Of a stretch of DNA of 64,000 nucleotides, positions 25,570 through 37,767 are shown piece after piece. The notes under the pieces were generated by a model that worked only from the letters and a program-made list of their open reading frames with translations, was not told where the DNA came from and ran no database searches. Where the stretch lies: NCBI GenBank assembly GCA_013239625.1, contig MU056050.1, forward strand, positions 428,504 through 492,503. The letters run 5' to 3'. Both the position numbers and the translations under genes were made by a program. The stretch is from Lama guanicoe (Eukaryota). Each line of letters opens with the position of its first letter. Position 1 is the stretch's first letter.

Positions 25570-26134
25570 GTTTTGAATTAAGGAAGGCAGGTAGGTTTTT
25601 TGAATTCTTCACATTGTGAGCTCGAACTAGGTATGTAGGTATCCTTCCTAAAGACATTCCCCTAATCCCACTCCCTCTTAAGACCAAACTGCCCCCACCT
25701 CAACCCAGGACCGCTCTCCTCCCTGCAGTGCACCCAGCAATGCAGAAGCCTGAGCAGTTGTAGCGGCCATCCAGAGATGCAGCCTGCAGGCCAGAACCCT
25801 CATGGCCTTTCTCTTCACTGGCCCCCGCCCCCAGCTGCTCGTGTGTGCCTGGCCATAGAGGAGCAGCCAGTATGTGCATGGCTGTGTGGTGCAGGAGGGG
25901 CCAACTGAGCAGATCAGATGTGGGTTCTGGGGTGGGTGGACATGGTGGCAGGACCAGTCATGGCTCATGGATGGAACCATCGGACCCTGTGTCCTTCATT
26001 AATTCTTCTGTGCACACTTTCTGTTCACGACATCTCTAGGGGCAGTTTCCAGCATGTCCTCAAGGCTCCCTACCTGGGTGTGGTCCTTATCTAGGACTTA
26101 ATTCAGCTTGCAGTCCTGCGGTGCTCTGAGATGC

Positions 26135-26490
26135 TCTTCTTTTCTCCTTCCTCCTCCTCCTCCTCCTTCTCCTCCTCCTTCTCCTTCTTCCCCTTCTTCT
26201 CCTACCCCTCCTCCTCCTCCTTTTCTTCTTTTTTTTTTTTTTATTTTTTACATGGATTCTTCTTCTTCTTCTTCTTCTCCTTCTTCTTCTTCTTCTCCTC
26301 CTTCTTCTTCTTCTCCTCCTCCTCCTTCTTCTTCTTCTTCCTCCTCCTCCTCCTCTTCCTCTTCCTCCTCTTCCTCTTCCTCCTCTTCCTCTTCCTCTCC
26401 TTCTCCTCCCCCTCCCTTCCCCCCTTCTCCTCCTCCTCTTTTCCATCTCTCTTCCCTTCTCCTTCCCCTCCTTCTCCACCTTTCTTCTCC
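26135..26490. repeat. Compound (CCT)n/(CTT)n tract with a central T run
   Basis: ~355 bp, almost purely pyrimidine on +; explains five low-complexity ORFs. Confidence 0.95.
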
Positions 26491-26824
26491 TGAGTCTCTT
26501 GAAGGCTCTCTCTTGGACTTAAGACTGGGAGGCACTGACTCGATGGCACTTCCGGTGGGCTGGGATGCCTCCTCTGTCCTGTTCAGAGCGAGGAGACTTC
26601 CCTTTGGCTATGGACTTTAATCTTTACTGCTTTTCAGGTGGCCTATCTTCTGTCCTTTGGCCTTGGTGGTGGGGTGGGGGTGGAGAAGTGCTCTTATTGC
26701 TCTACAGTGCCTAGGAGCTCTGGATGCTCATACTGGGGGGTGCCCCTCAAAGGAGTCCAGTGCTAGTGGAGTGGTGGACCTGCATTACTGAGGGTGTGAT
26801 GTGTCAGGGGAGAAGCTGCACCAG

Positions 26825-27000
26825 AAGCTCTCATTTAATTCTTACAACTCTAGGAGATAGATAACTACTGTTATCCTTTATTTAAAGATCATAGAACAGT
26901 CTCAGAGGAGTTAAGTAACTTGTCCAAGGTTGCACAGCTAGTAAGTAGGAAGGGATGTCTTAAATTAAAACCTGTGTTTGTCTCCAGAGCCTGTGTTCTG
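26825..27000 (-). mobile_element. MIR SINE
   Basis: tctcagaggagttaagtaacttgtccaaggttgcacagctagtaagt core. Confidence 0.8.
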
Positions 27001-27699
27001 GACCAGGATAGGTTAGGTTAATTTGATTGTAATTCAGTAAACTATTTGAATGCTGGTAGTGGCAACTATGACTTTTCTTGCTGCTGACTGTGGGTATAAG
27101 AAGGTTTTTAAGAGGTATTATTTTCCCCTCTGAATTGTGTGTCTTTGTGGACAGGTACTGGACCACTTACTGTTCAGATGTGGTGGTAGATGTAACTAGG
27201 GTATCTAGAGGGAGTTGGAATAAGTTCAGTTGGACAAGTTCAAGTCACTGTGTCCTGGTCGACAGAGCCATAGGAATTGCTAAAGGAGGCACAATTAGTA
27301 GTGAATGGAGGAGAAACATTGAAGCAGAGTTCTCATTTGCCAAGCTTCTTACCGAAGGGTCTCCTGATGAAACTTGTCTGGACTTCTTTTCTGGAATGAA
27401 CCATGAGCTTAGAATGTGGGCATCTGACTGCCAGTAGAGTCCTGCAACCCCCTATTGGAAGGTACCAACTAGATCTCTCCTGTGAGTGCAGTGATTGCTA
27501 AGCTGTTATTGGAAATGGGCTTTGGCAGAAAACTTGTTTAAAAGGTTATGTCTTGGGAATTTTTACTCCTCCAATGTTATTAAAGCCCAGTTGCTGTTTT
27601 CCCAGTTAGGCAAATGTTAGAGGAAATGAAATATAAACAGAAATTAGTTTCTTCTCTCTGACATTTGATTTGCATTAGTTCCAAGTTATGCTGTGTTCC

Positions 27700-28237
27700 T
27701 TTTTTTTTTAAATCCACTTTCATGGGTCTCTTTATTTCTTTTTAGTAAATTAATGGTTTAATGTTTTTATTATTAATTGTACAAGAAATACATAAATGTT
27801 TTTTCCTGTAAATCATTTAAAAGCTACAGAAATCTAGTTTCTTCTCACATCCCATTTCTGAGCCAACTCTCATTCACAGACACACACACCAAATCACTCT
27901 TTGTATAGGTATCTACTGTCTGTAATTTTATGTCTATCCTTATAGTCATTATATATACATACATATATATCCATGTATGATACAACAATGGGTTCATAAT
28001 ATGTATATAATTTGGAATTTATCTGTCACATATGACTTTTTAAAAAATTTTTTAAACATTTTTATTGAGTTATAAACAAGATTATACTGTATAGCACAGG
28101 GAAATATATACAAGATCTTGTGGTAGCTCACAGCGAAAAAAAAATGTGACAATGAATGTATGTATGTTCATGTATAACTGAAAAATTATGCTCTACACTG
28201 GAATTTGACACAACATTATAAAATGACTATAACTCAG
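27700..28237 (-). mobile_element. Young L1 insertion with 5' inversion and ~325 bp 3' transduction
   Basis: 17-bp TSD tatgctgtgttcctttt (27687-27703) / tatactgtgttcctttt (28238-28254); T10 at 27700-27709; minus-strand AATAAA at 27736-27731; L1 terminus 28048-28074; inverted L1 3' UTR 28075-28237. Confidence 0.88.
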
Positions 28238-29212
28238 TATACTGTGTTCCTTTTAAAGCTCTGTTTTATGAAGTTAACATCTGTATATTTATCTTTTGAG
28301 ATTGATAATAAACTTTAAAATGCATGTTTCTAGGAGAGAGCTTTGATGTGACCTGCCTTTTTTTCGGTTTACCCAAATGATGTATTCTTGAATATGTCTG
28401 TTGGGGCAGAAAATAGCCATCCCTGTAGTTATTGTCCATGCAGAGCTAGGCAGAGTTGGAAAGGAGGATGCAAAAGCTGCTGTTGGTGGCTCCCCACTTT
28501 TTCAGCCACTTTTCTCCACTCTTCCATTCCTGCCTCCAGCCCGCTTGTGCCCACATACGTACCTCCACTGTAGTGGGCCCACTCGCATCTCCCTCTCTCT
28601 TTCAAAAACTTCAATCTTATCCAAATGTCCTCCTTCAGGACCTTTTGCTTCATCCCCTGGCTTCATTGTACCATGCTCTTTCTTTTATTCTGGACTGGAA
28701 CCAATTCCTCCTTGCTGTTTCTCCTGATCTGACCCCCTACATGACTCTGGTTTCAGCCTCTCTGTACCCTACCCTGGGCCAGAGGTAACAATAAATATTT
28801 ATTGAATGAACAAATAGGTAAACGAATGCATTTGAGGAATTTTGATACCCAAAGAGCATGTGAGAGCCTTTATTTCATTTATTACTTTGAAATCATTTCA
28901 ATATGAAAAATTTCAAATATACAGAAAATTGGAGGGAGTAGCATAAAGAACTCTGAGGTTCTCATCACCCAGTTTCAATCGTTTCCAACATACAGCCATT
29001 TGTCTTTCATTTTCACCCTGCCTGCCTTCTATCATGCCCTTGAACGAATGCAGTTCAGCCAAACAAGTGCATGGTGGGAACATGTGAAAAGCCACTTTAG
29101 GTGTCTGCTCTTCATCATCTGGATTCATTTAGAACACCTGCTTGCCCCTTCTCTGACTCTTTGTTCTTAACTTTCCTGATTTCTTGTTTGGCCTCCCTAT
29201 TTTCACTTCTCC

Positions 29213-29736
29213 CAGGGGTTCTTAATATGGGTGCACAAGTTCCCAGGGTGTCCATGGATGAAAATCAAGGGGTCATGAAATTTGTATGGAGAAAAAAATA
29301 CAGCTTTGCTTTCACTAACCTCTAACTGATATTTAACATTTTCTTCTATCATGAATGTAAGCATCAAAGCACAGTAGTAGTCACAGTACCTGCAACTTTG
29401 AAACCAGTAGGAATCCTTTTATATCCTATCGCAGAAGTTGTAGAAATTTCAAAATACCTTTTATGCTCATCACTGCTTTTGAAATTATGGTAGTTATTGC
29501 AGATATTATTACACCCCTCACTAGATCTTGTTATTTAATGTGTTAATAAGGAAACACATATATATTACTATGTTATGCATAAAATATTCTATAATTGCAT
29601 AGCAGCATATTTGGTTTCCTTTGTAATCCACTGCATTTTGTTTCATGCATTTAAAAATATTATTATGAAAAGAAACCCATAGATTGCACCAAACTGTTAT
29701 AGGGGTCTATGGCTCAAAAAAGGTTAAGAACCTCAG
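29213..29736 (+). mobile_element. hAT-Charlie MITE (MER113-like), near full length
   Basis: Terminal inverted repeats caggggttcttaa...ttaagaacctcag; internal ttcactaacctctaactga and ctagatcttgttatttaatg. Confidence 0.8.
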
Positions 29737-31564
29737 GGCTGAACACTTCGATTGACAGCATATTTGAATTCCCTGTTCTGAATTTGACTTGCTATTTTCC
29801 TCCCTGCCACCACCCCCGTCCCCTGGCACCATACTGTTTATTGCTTGTTTTTTGCCTAATGCAGAGGAAAGAAGCACCTCTCTTCTAAATCCTACCTGCA
29901 GAGCTAACTGCCCAGGGCCTGCTCCTTTTACTCTCTGCCAGAAGAAGAGCTTGAGCAACCTTTGCTGGCAACCCTAGAAAATGGATTCAGCCAATTATCA
30001 TTTACTAGCAGTAGGAGGGCCTGATGGATGACTTTAATATATTTCAGTTTTCTACTACTGCTCAAGTGATTTTCATAATTCACCTACTTTCACATTATAA
30101 TCTGTTTTAGCCCCTGACTGATGGGTAAATATTTAATCTCTGACTCTTCTGGGGTTTTGGCAAGCACTCCCCCACTCCCCTGCCCCAGCCCTGGAAATTG
30201 TAAAGGAAGAAGCAGGTTGGGTTCCATGCCCCACCACATTTTCTTTTATCAGTGCTTCCCTTCACTTTTCTATACCTTCTCTGCCACCTCTCCCTGCACA
30301 TTCAAAGATATTTTTATTCCTTCCGGGCCCAGATCTCTGCTAGGTGACAAGAGAAAAATCTAGCAAGCTTCATGATTTGATGGCCCCTGCATTGAATTTA
30401 CGAGCATGAGCGTAGGAGCACTGCCCAGGTTGAAAGGGGCAGCCTTCCCAGGTGTGGAATGTCTCTACTATGGGAGGTTTTGCCTCTCTCTTTGCCTCAG
30501 CTCCACTCAGCTGTCCCCATTTCTTTACCTCTTACCACTCTTAGCCTTTAGGACACTGATTTGACCTGGACAACTAGCATGTGGGCTTGGTTGCTCTGGG
30601 GATGGGGCTTCCATAGCAGGTATTAACACACCAGGAACATCTGTTTCATGTTATATCCACTTTCCAATATCCAGTTGTCATGAAATAGACAATTGCTCTC
30701 TCCCATTTCTAAAGTCCCTGTGCCACAATGAAACGTCCTCTACCTTCTTTTATTACCTCTGAGGAATGCTGCTATTTCTATAGATCATTTGCAGAGGAGA
30801 AAAGATTTACATGCCCTGATTCTTCCCTTCTCAGGCTAACAGCTCCTGTCAGTTTCCCAGGTAACTTCTCTCCTCAAAAGGGAATGTTCTGAAAAGAATC
30901 TAATAATTGTGGTTTATAATGTCAAAATACCTTCAACTTTCTGTTCTTTTCAGGCCTTTAAATGCAAAATCAGGCATGAGAATCCTATAAAAATCTGAGG
31001 CAGACAGCTCAGGATTAATTTAGACCCACCCTAACTTGCTTCGTGTCTTAGCTTCCCAAAATTTGAAATTCTCTTCAAATTTTGCTTTTATATCTTGGTT
31101 CCACATTTCTGCTAACCCCTCAGACTGGGTGATCTATGTTTTAGGTTCTATACCAACTTGCATCTTGGCATCCTCAGGACTCTACATTTGGAATCTGCTC
31201 CATGGTTCTGTGTCTTGTAACCCTGGGCAACAAATATACTGGCTCCACCCACAGTTCTTGGAACATCCTCTCCCCCTGCCTAACAAAAGTGTTGAGATCA
31301 TTTACTTTCTGGGGCCTCCAGAGATCTCTTGTATAGAGTCATGGATTATGCATCCTACCTTGCAGCTCAGCAAAGCAGCATCTGCTGATAATGGGACGGA
31401 AGGTGAACCAGTACACTGAACTTCCACCATCCTTGTGCAAAAGCAAGGCTGGAGTTGCTGGCATGGTTCTCTCAGGCCCACTGTCAAAATTCCCTTGAGC
31501 TGCTTCTGCTTCTGTTATGGCTTCTCATTTCAAATAGCAACAATGACAGAGATAAAGCAATTGC

Positions 31565-32072
31565 TTTTTTTTATTGTGGTAAAATATATGTGATATAAAC
31601 TTTGCCATAGAAACTGGTTTAACTGTACAATTCAGTGGCATTAATCACATTCACAATGTTGTGCAACCATCACCACTATCTATTTCTGAAATTTTTCATC
31701 ACTACAAAAAGAAATTCTGTACCCATTAAACAATAACTCCCCATTCTTCTATCCCTCCCACCCCTGGCCCCTGGTAACCTCTGTTCTATTCTTTGTCTCT
31801 GTGAATTTGCCTATTCCAGATATTTCATGTAAGTGGAATCAAAATATTTGTTCTCTGTGCCTGGTTTATTTTGCTCAGAATAATATTTTGTAGGTTCATC
31901 CATGTTGTAGCATGTATCAGTATTTAATTCCTTTTTGTGACTGAATAATATTTCATCGTATGGGTATACATTTTATTTATCCATTCATCTGTTGATGGAC
32001 ACTTGGGTTGTTTCCACCTCTTGGCTATTGTGAATAATGTTGCTATGAACATTGTTGCCCAGATGTCTGTTT
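31565..32072 (-). mobile_element. L1MB-type 3' end
   Basis: ORF 31924-32127 MFIATLFTIAKRWKQPKCPSTDEWINKM; ttttattgtggtaaaatat terminus. Confidence 0.9.
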
Positions 32073-33257
32073 TTTGGCTATGCAGCTTAAACCTTGGCCC
32101 CGTCAAGCCTCTGCAAGTAAGAGTCACTTAACCTATGTGCTCTACACCAGTGTGTCAGAGAAAGATGTTAGATATAAACGTAGAGTACCAGACGACTGGT
32201 CACCAACTCTAAGAGAAGGATGCTTTCTTGCATTATTATGCAGGAAAACCATGTGCTTAACACATGCCTAATCAAATATAAAAGGATAAAGAGTATATTG
32301 TATATTATTGTATAATGATATCATTTATAAAGAGAATAAAAGGATACTGTAATATAGAATTCAGAAGAGTTGAAGAATCATAGGTTGCCCACAAAAAAGC
32401 TGTGAGAGCTGAGATCTCTCCATGTTCATCAGATGACCCAGTCTCTGCTGCATCTTAATCTTTGATACTATAAAGTATTTATCCTATAGTATAGGATAAG
32501 GGATAGAAAGAGTGAAGATTATCCTGAGAAGGTAAGGTGGCGTGACAGGCCATCGTATGGGATCAATTTGGGCAGGAATGACTTTCCACTCACAACTACC
32601 ACCATGCTCCTGGGGGCTGATGGTGACAACACAGAAGGCGGAGGCCATCTTGAAGGAGTAATGAATTTCATCTAATGTGAGAGAAAGTGACTTTGGAAGG
32701 AAAGCCTTGCCATGTCCCCACTCATGTGGATGGTGATAGTGTCTCCCTCTCAGTTCCTCTACTGCCTAACGCTGTGGCATCTGCTAAAGAAGGCAGAGAA
32801 CCACTTCTTCCTTCCCTTCTTGTGCAATCCAATGAAATTTCACTGAGTATCTCCTCCCGGCCAGGCCCTGCACTAGACTGAGAATTGAAAGGTGAAAAAG
32901 ATTTGGTTCTTATCCTTGGGAGCATTCTCACTACAAGCTTGTTTCACTGCTGCCTTGCCTTACTACTTTATGGAAATTTGAGTGCTTTGGTCTGTATTGG
33001 TGTCTGGGGTCATTTGAAGGGGCCTGCATAGCAAAGAAACTCTGCAACTTTTTTTAAAATTCTTAATTTTTATTGAAGTATAGTCAATTTATAATGTTAG
33101 TTTCAGGTATACAGCAAAGCGATTCAGTTATAAATGTACATATATTTTTTTTCAGATTCTTTTCCATTATAGCTCATTACAAGAAATTGAATAATTTCCT
33201 GGGCTATACAGTAGGTCCTTGTTGTTTATCTATTTTATGTATAGTAATGTGTATCTG

Positions 33258-34647
33258 GTTTTTTTAAAACATTTTTTATTGAGTTATAATCATTTTACAA
33301 TGTTGTGCCAAATTCCAGTGTAGAGCACAATCTTTCAGTTATACATGAACATACATATATTCATTGTCACATTTTTTTTCGCTGTGAGCTACCACAAGAT
33401 CTTGTATATATTTCCCTGTGCTATACAGTATAATCTTGTTTTTTGTTTTTTGGGGGTTTTTTGTTGCATTTGTTATTTATTTCTATGTCTTGAGGATTTA
33501 GCTCTCTTTCCCACAAAATGCAACAAACACTTTCCATCTGTCCATTCCTAAACATGGTTATAGTTCTGGTTAGATCAATAATATGCATTTATATTATTAT
33601 GGCTATGTAGACATGATTCACATCTAAGTCATACAGAATATAAATGTTATTTTTTTTCTTGAACAATCCCTCCCCCCAACCCCCGCAGGAGTTACTAATT
33701 ATCTCTGTTTAGTTTTCTATGTTTTTTTTAACATTTTGTATTGAGTTATAGTCATTTTACAATGTTGTGTCAATTTCCAATGTAGAGCACAATTTTTCAG
33801 TTATACATGAACATACGATTATTCATTGTCACATTTTTTTCACTATAAGCTACCACAAGATCTTGTATATATTTCCCTGTGCTATACAGTATAATCTTGT
33901 TTATCTATTCTACATACGCCTGTCAGTATCTACAAATTTTGAAATCCCAGTCTGTCCCTTCCAGTCTGTCCCTCCCCCCACCCCCTTGGCAACCACAAGT
34001 TTGTATTCTATGTCTATGAGTCTGTTTCTATTTTGTATTTATGTTCATTTTGGTTTTTTTTAGATTCCACATATGAGCGATCTCATATGGTATTTTTCTT
34101 TCTCTTTCTGGCTTACATCGTTTAGAATGACATTCTCCAGGGACGTCCATGTTGCTGCAAATGGCGTTATGTTGTTGGGTTGTTTTTTTTTTAACATTTT
34201 TTTATTGATTTGTAATAATTTTACAATGTTGTGTCAGATTTCAGTCTAGAGCCCAATTTTTCAATTATACATGAGCATATATATATTCATCGTCACATTT
34301 TTTTCTCTGTGAGCTACCATAAGACCTTGTGTATATTTCCCTCTGCTATACAGTATAATCTTGTTTATCTATTCTACATTTTGAAATCCCAGTCTATACC
34401 TTCCCACCCCGGACCCCCTTGGCAACCACAAGTTTGTATTCTATGTCTATGAGTCTGTTTCTGTTTTGTATTTATGTTTTGTTTGTTTGTTTGTTTGTTT
34501 AAATTCCACATATGAGCGATCTCATATGGTATTTTTCTTTCTCTTTCTGGCTTACTTCACTTAGAATGACATTCTCCAGGAGCATCCATGTTGCTGCAAA
34601 TGGCGTTATGTTGTTGGTTTTTATGGCTGAATAGTATTCCATTGTAG
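33258..34647 (-). mobile_element. Three head-to-tail young L1 3' ends (33259-33440, 33722-34178, 34180-34647) plus 3'-transduced segment 33466-33721
   Basis: Each copy starts with a T tail + aacatttt..attga and shares agctaccacaagatcttgtatatatttccctgtgctatacagtataatcttgtt. Confidence 0.9.
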
Positions 34648-35036
34648 AGATTTTATGTTTATAGTAGAAATAGCACTGGACTGGGGCCTGGGCCCTCAGT
34701 TTGAGTCCAGGCTTTGCCAGTAACTTGCTATTTCCTTAAGAGAGCCTCTCCGCCTCTCTGAGTGTTTATTTTATCATTTGTGAACTGATAGTTGATATGG
34801 TTATCTCTAACATTCTATAAATTGCCCTGACCCATAGTTTAAGAGTAAATGTTTATTTGGTTAATCGACTTTCTCTCTCTACCAGGGTTTTTACTCTTTT
34901 CAATGACCTACTACTTTTACTGTTTCGCGTTACCCAGCCCTCTGGCTCTTCCATGTAGTAAGAAGCAAAACGTTCTCCTTTCCAGCTGTTCAGGCCAGTG
35001 AGCAAACTTGGCTCATTCTTAGTCATTGCCAGGCTC

Positions 35037-37767
35037 TTTCATTGCTGTGCAGAAGCTTGTAAGTTTCATTAGGTCCCATTTGTTTATTCTTGCTTTTATT
35101 TCTATTGCTTGGGTAAACTGTCCTGGGAGAACATTTATGAGATGTATGTGAGATAATGTTTTGCCTATATTTTCTTCTAGGAGGTTTATTGTATCTTGTC
35201 TTATGTTTAAGTCTTTGATCCGTTTTGAGTTTATTTTTGTGTATGGTGTAAGGGAGTGTTCTAGCTTCATTGCTTTACATGCTGCTGTACAGGTTTTCCA
35301 ACACCATTTGCTGAAGAGACTATCTTTATTCCATTGTATATTCTTGCCTCCTTTGTCAAAGATTAGTTGACCAAAAGTTTGTGGATTCATTTCTGGGGTC
35401 TCTATTCTGTTTCATTGGTCAATAAGTCTGTTTTTGTACCAATACCATGCTGTTTTGATTACTGTAGCTCTATAGTATTGTCTGAAGTCTGGGAGAGTTA
35501 TTCCTCCAGCCTCTTTCTTTTTCTTCAGTAATGCTTTGGCAATTCTAGGTCTTTTGTCAGGACTCCATATAAATTTGATTATGATTTGTTCTAGTTTTGT
35601 GAAATATGTCCTGGGTAATTGGATAGGGATTGCATTAAATTTGTAGATTGCCTTGGGCAGTATGACCATTTTAACAATATTGATTTTTCCAATCCAGGAG
35701 CATGGGATGTCTTTCCATTTTTTAAAGTCTTCTTTAATTTCCTTCATCAATGGTTTATAGTTTTCCATGTATAAGTCTTTCCCCTCTTTGGCTAGATTTA
35801 TTCCTAGATAGTTTATTACTCTGGGTGCTATTTTAAAGGGGATTGTTTCTTTACTTTCTTTTTCTGTTGATTCATCGTTAGTGTAAAGAAATGCAACTGA
35901 TTTTTGAATGTTAATCTTGTAACCTGCTACCTTGCTGAATTCTTCTATTATTTCTAGTAGTTTTTGTGTAGATCTTTTAGGGTTTTCTATATATAGTATC
36001 ATGTCATCTGCATATAGTGACAATTTTACCTCTTCTTTTCCAATTTGGATCCCTTTTATTTCTCTCTCTTGCCTGATTGCTGTGGCTAGGACTTCCAAGA
36101 CTATGTTGAATAGGAGTGGTGATAGTGGGCATCCTTGTCTTGTCCCAGATTTTAGTGGGAAGCTTTTGAGTTTTTCACCCTTGAGTACTATGCTGGCTGT
36201 GGGTTTATCATATATAGCTTTTATTATGTTGAGACATGTTCCCTCTATACCCACTTTGGTGAAAATTTTTATCATAAATGGGTGTTGAATTTTATCAAAT
36301 GCTTTTTCTGCATCTATTGAGGTGATCATGTGGTTTTTGTCATTTCTCTTGTTGATGTGATGCATTACACTGATTGATTTGCCTATATTGAACTACCCTT
36401 GTGTCCCTGGGATGAATCCCACTTGGTCATGATGTATAATCTTTTTATGGGCTGTTGGATTCTATTTGCTAATATTTTGGTAAGGATTTTTGCATCTATG
36501 TTCATTGGTGATATTGGTCTGTAATTCTCTTTTTTGGTAGTGTCTTTGCCTCGTTTTGGTATCAGGGTGATGGTGGCTTCATAGAATGAGTTTGGGAGTA
36601 TTCCCTCCTTTTCAATCATCTGGAAGAGTTTGAGAAGGACTGGTATGAGTTCTTCTTTGTATGTTTGGTAGAATTCTGTGGTGAAGCCGTCCAGTCCTGG
36701 ATTTTTATTTGTAGGGAGGTTTTTTATTGCTATTTCTATTTCCTTTCTAGTGATTAGTTTGTTCAAGTGGTCAGTGTCTTCTTGATTCAGTCTTGGTGGG
36801 CTGTATGTTTCCAGAAACTTGTCCATCTCCTCTAAGTTATCCAGTTTGGTTCCATATAGTTTTTCATAATATTCTCATATGATGTTCTTTATTTCTATGT
36901 TATTTGTTGTAATTTCTCCATTTTCCTTTCTCTTTTTGCTTATTTGTGCTCTCTCTTTTTTCTTCTTTGTGAGTTTGGCCAGAGGTTTGTCAATTTTATT
37001 TATTTTTTCAAAAAAACAGTTTTTGGTTTGATTGATTTTTTTCTATTTTTTTTTAAATCTCTATTTTATTTATTTTCTTCTTTTTTTAAATCTCTATTTT
37101 ATTTATTTTCTTTTATTTATTTTTGTTATTCCCTTCCTTCTGCTGCCTTTTGGCGTTTTTTTGCTCTTCTTTTTCTAATTCTTTTAGCTGGTGGGTTAGA
37201 TTGTTTATTTGAGATTGTTCTTCTTTTTTGAGGAAGGCCTGTATTGCTATAAACTTCCCTCTTAACATTGCCTTTGCTGCATCCCATAAATTTTGTGTGG
37301 TTGTGTTTTCATTTTCATTTGTCTCAAGGTATTTTTTAATTTCAATATTTATTTCATCATTGACCCATTGGTGTTTTAATAGCATGTTGTTTAATCTCCA
37401 TGCTTTCCTTTTTTTCTCTTTTGTTTCTTTGTAGTTGATTTCTGGTTTCATGGCATGTGGTCAGTAAAGATGCTTGAGATAATTTCTATCTTCTTAAAAT
37501 TATTGAGGCTTCTTTTGTGCCCAAGGACATGATCAGTCCTAGAAAATGATCCATGTGCACTTGAAAAGAATGTATATCCTATTTTTGGGGGGTGTAATGC
37601 TCTGAAAATATCCACCAAATCTAATTTTTCTATTGTGTCATTTAATTTCTCTGTTGCCTTATTAATTTTCTGTCTAGAAGATCTGTCTAGATGTTAATGC
37701 AGTGTTAAAATCTCCAATGATGATTATATTCCCATCAATTTCCCCCTTTATCTCTGTTAGTAATTAC
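35037..37767 (-). pseudogene. L1 ORF2 (endonuclease C-part, Z region, reverse transcriptase), frameshifted and truncated
   Basis: ORFs 37113-37451, 36383-36826 (ENYRPIS), 35412-36365 ([28 protein letters not shown]) and 35019-35390 are collinear L1 ORF2 pieces in different frames. Confidence 0.97.

Noticed and set aside
26087..26620. Poly-Arg, poly-Glu, poly-Ser and poly-Phe ORFs; superficial likeness to protamine or RPGR ORF15
   Set aside because: They arise from CCT/CTT microsatellites that lack stops in most frames; no RPGR C-terminal basic domain or other diagnostic sequence.
27353..27441. Minus-strand exon candidate (ttgcag|...|gtaaga)
   Set aside because: Good donor but no pyrimidine tract at the acceptor and no recognisable peptide.
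32479..32499. Palindrome ttatcctata-g-tataggataa
   Set aside because: Short, AT-rich, isolated; no supporting context.
35412..36365. 317-aa reverse transcriptase ORF as a novel RT system
   Set aside because: Ordinary L1 ORF2 fragment, frameshifted on both sides.
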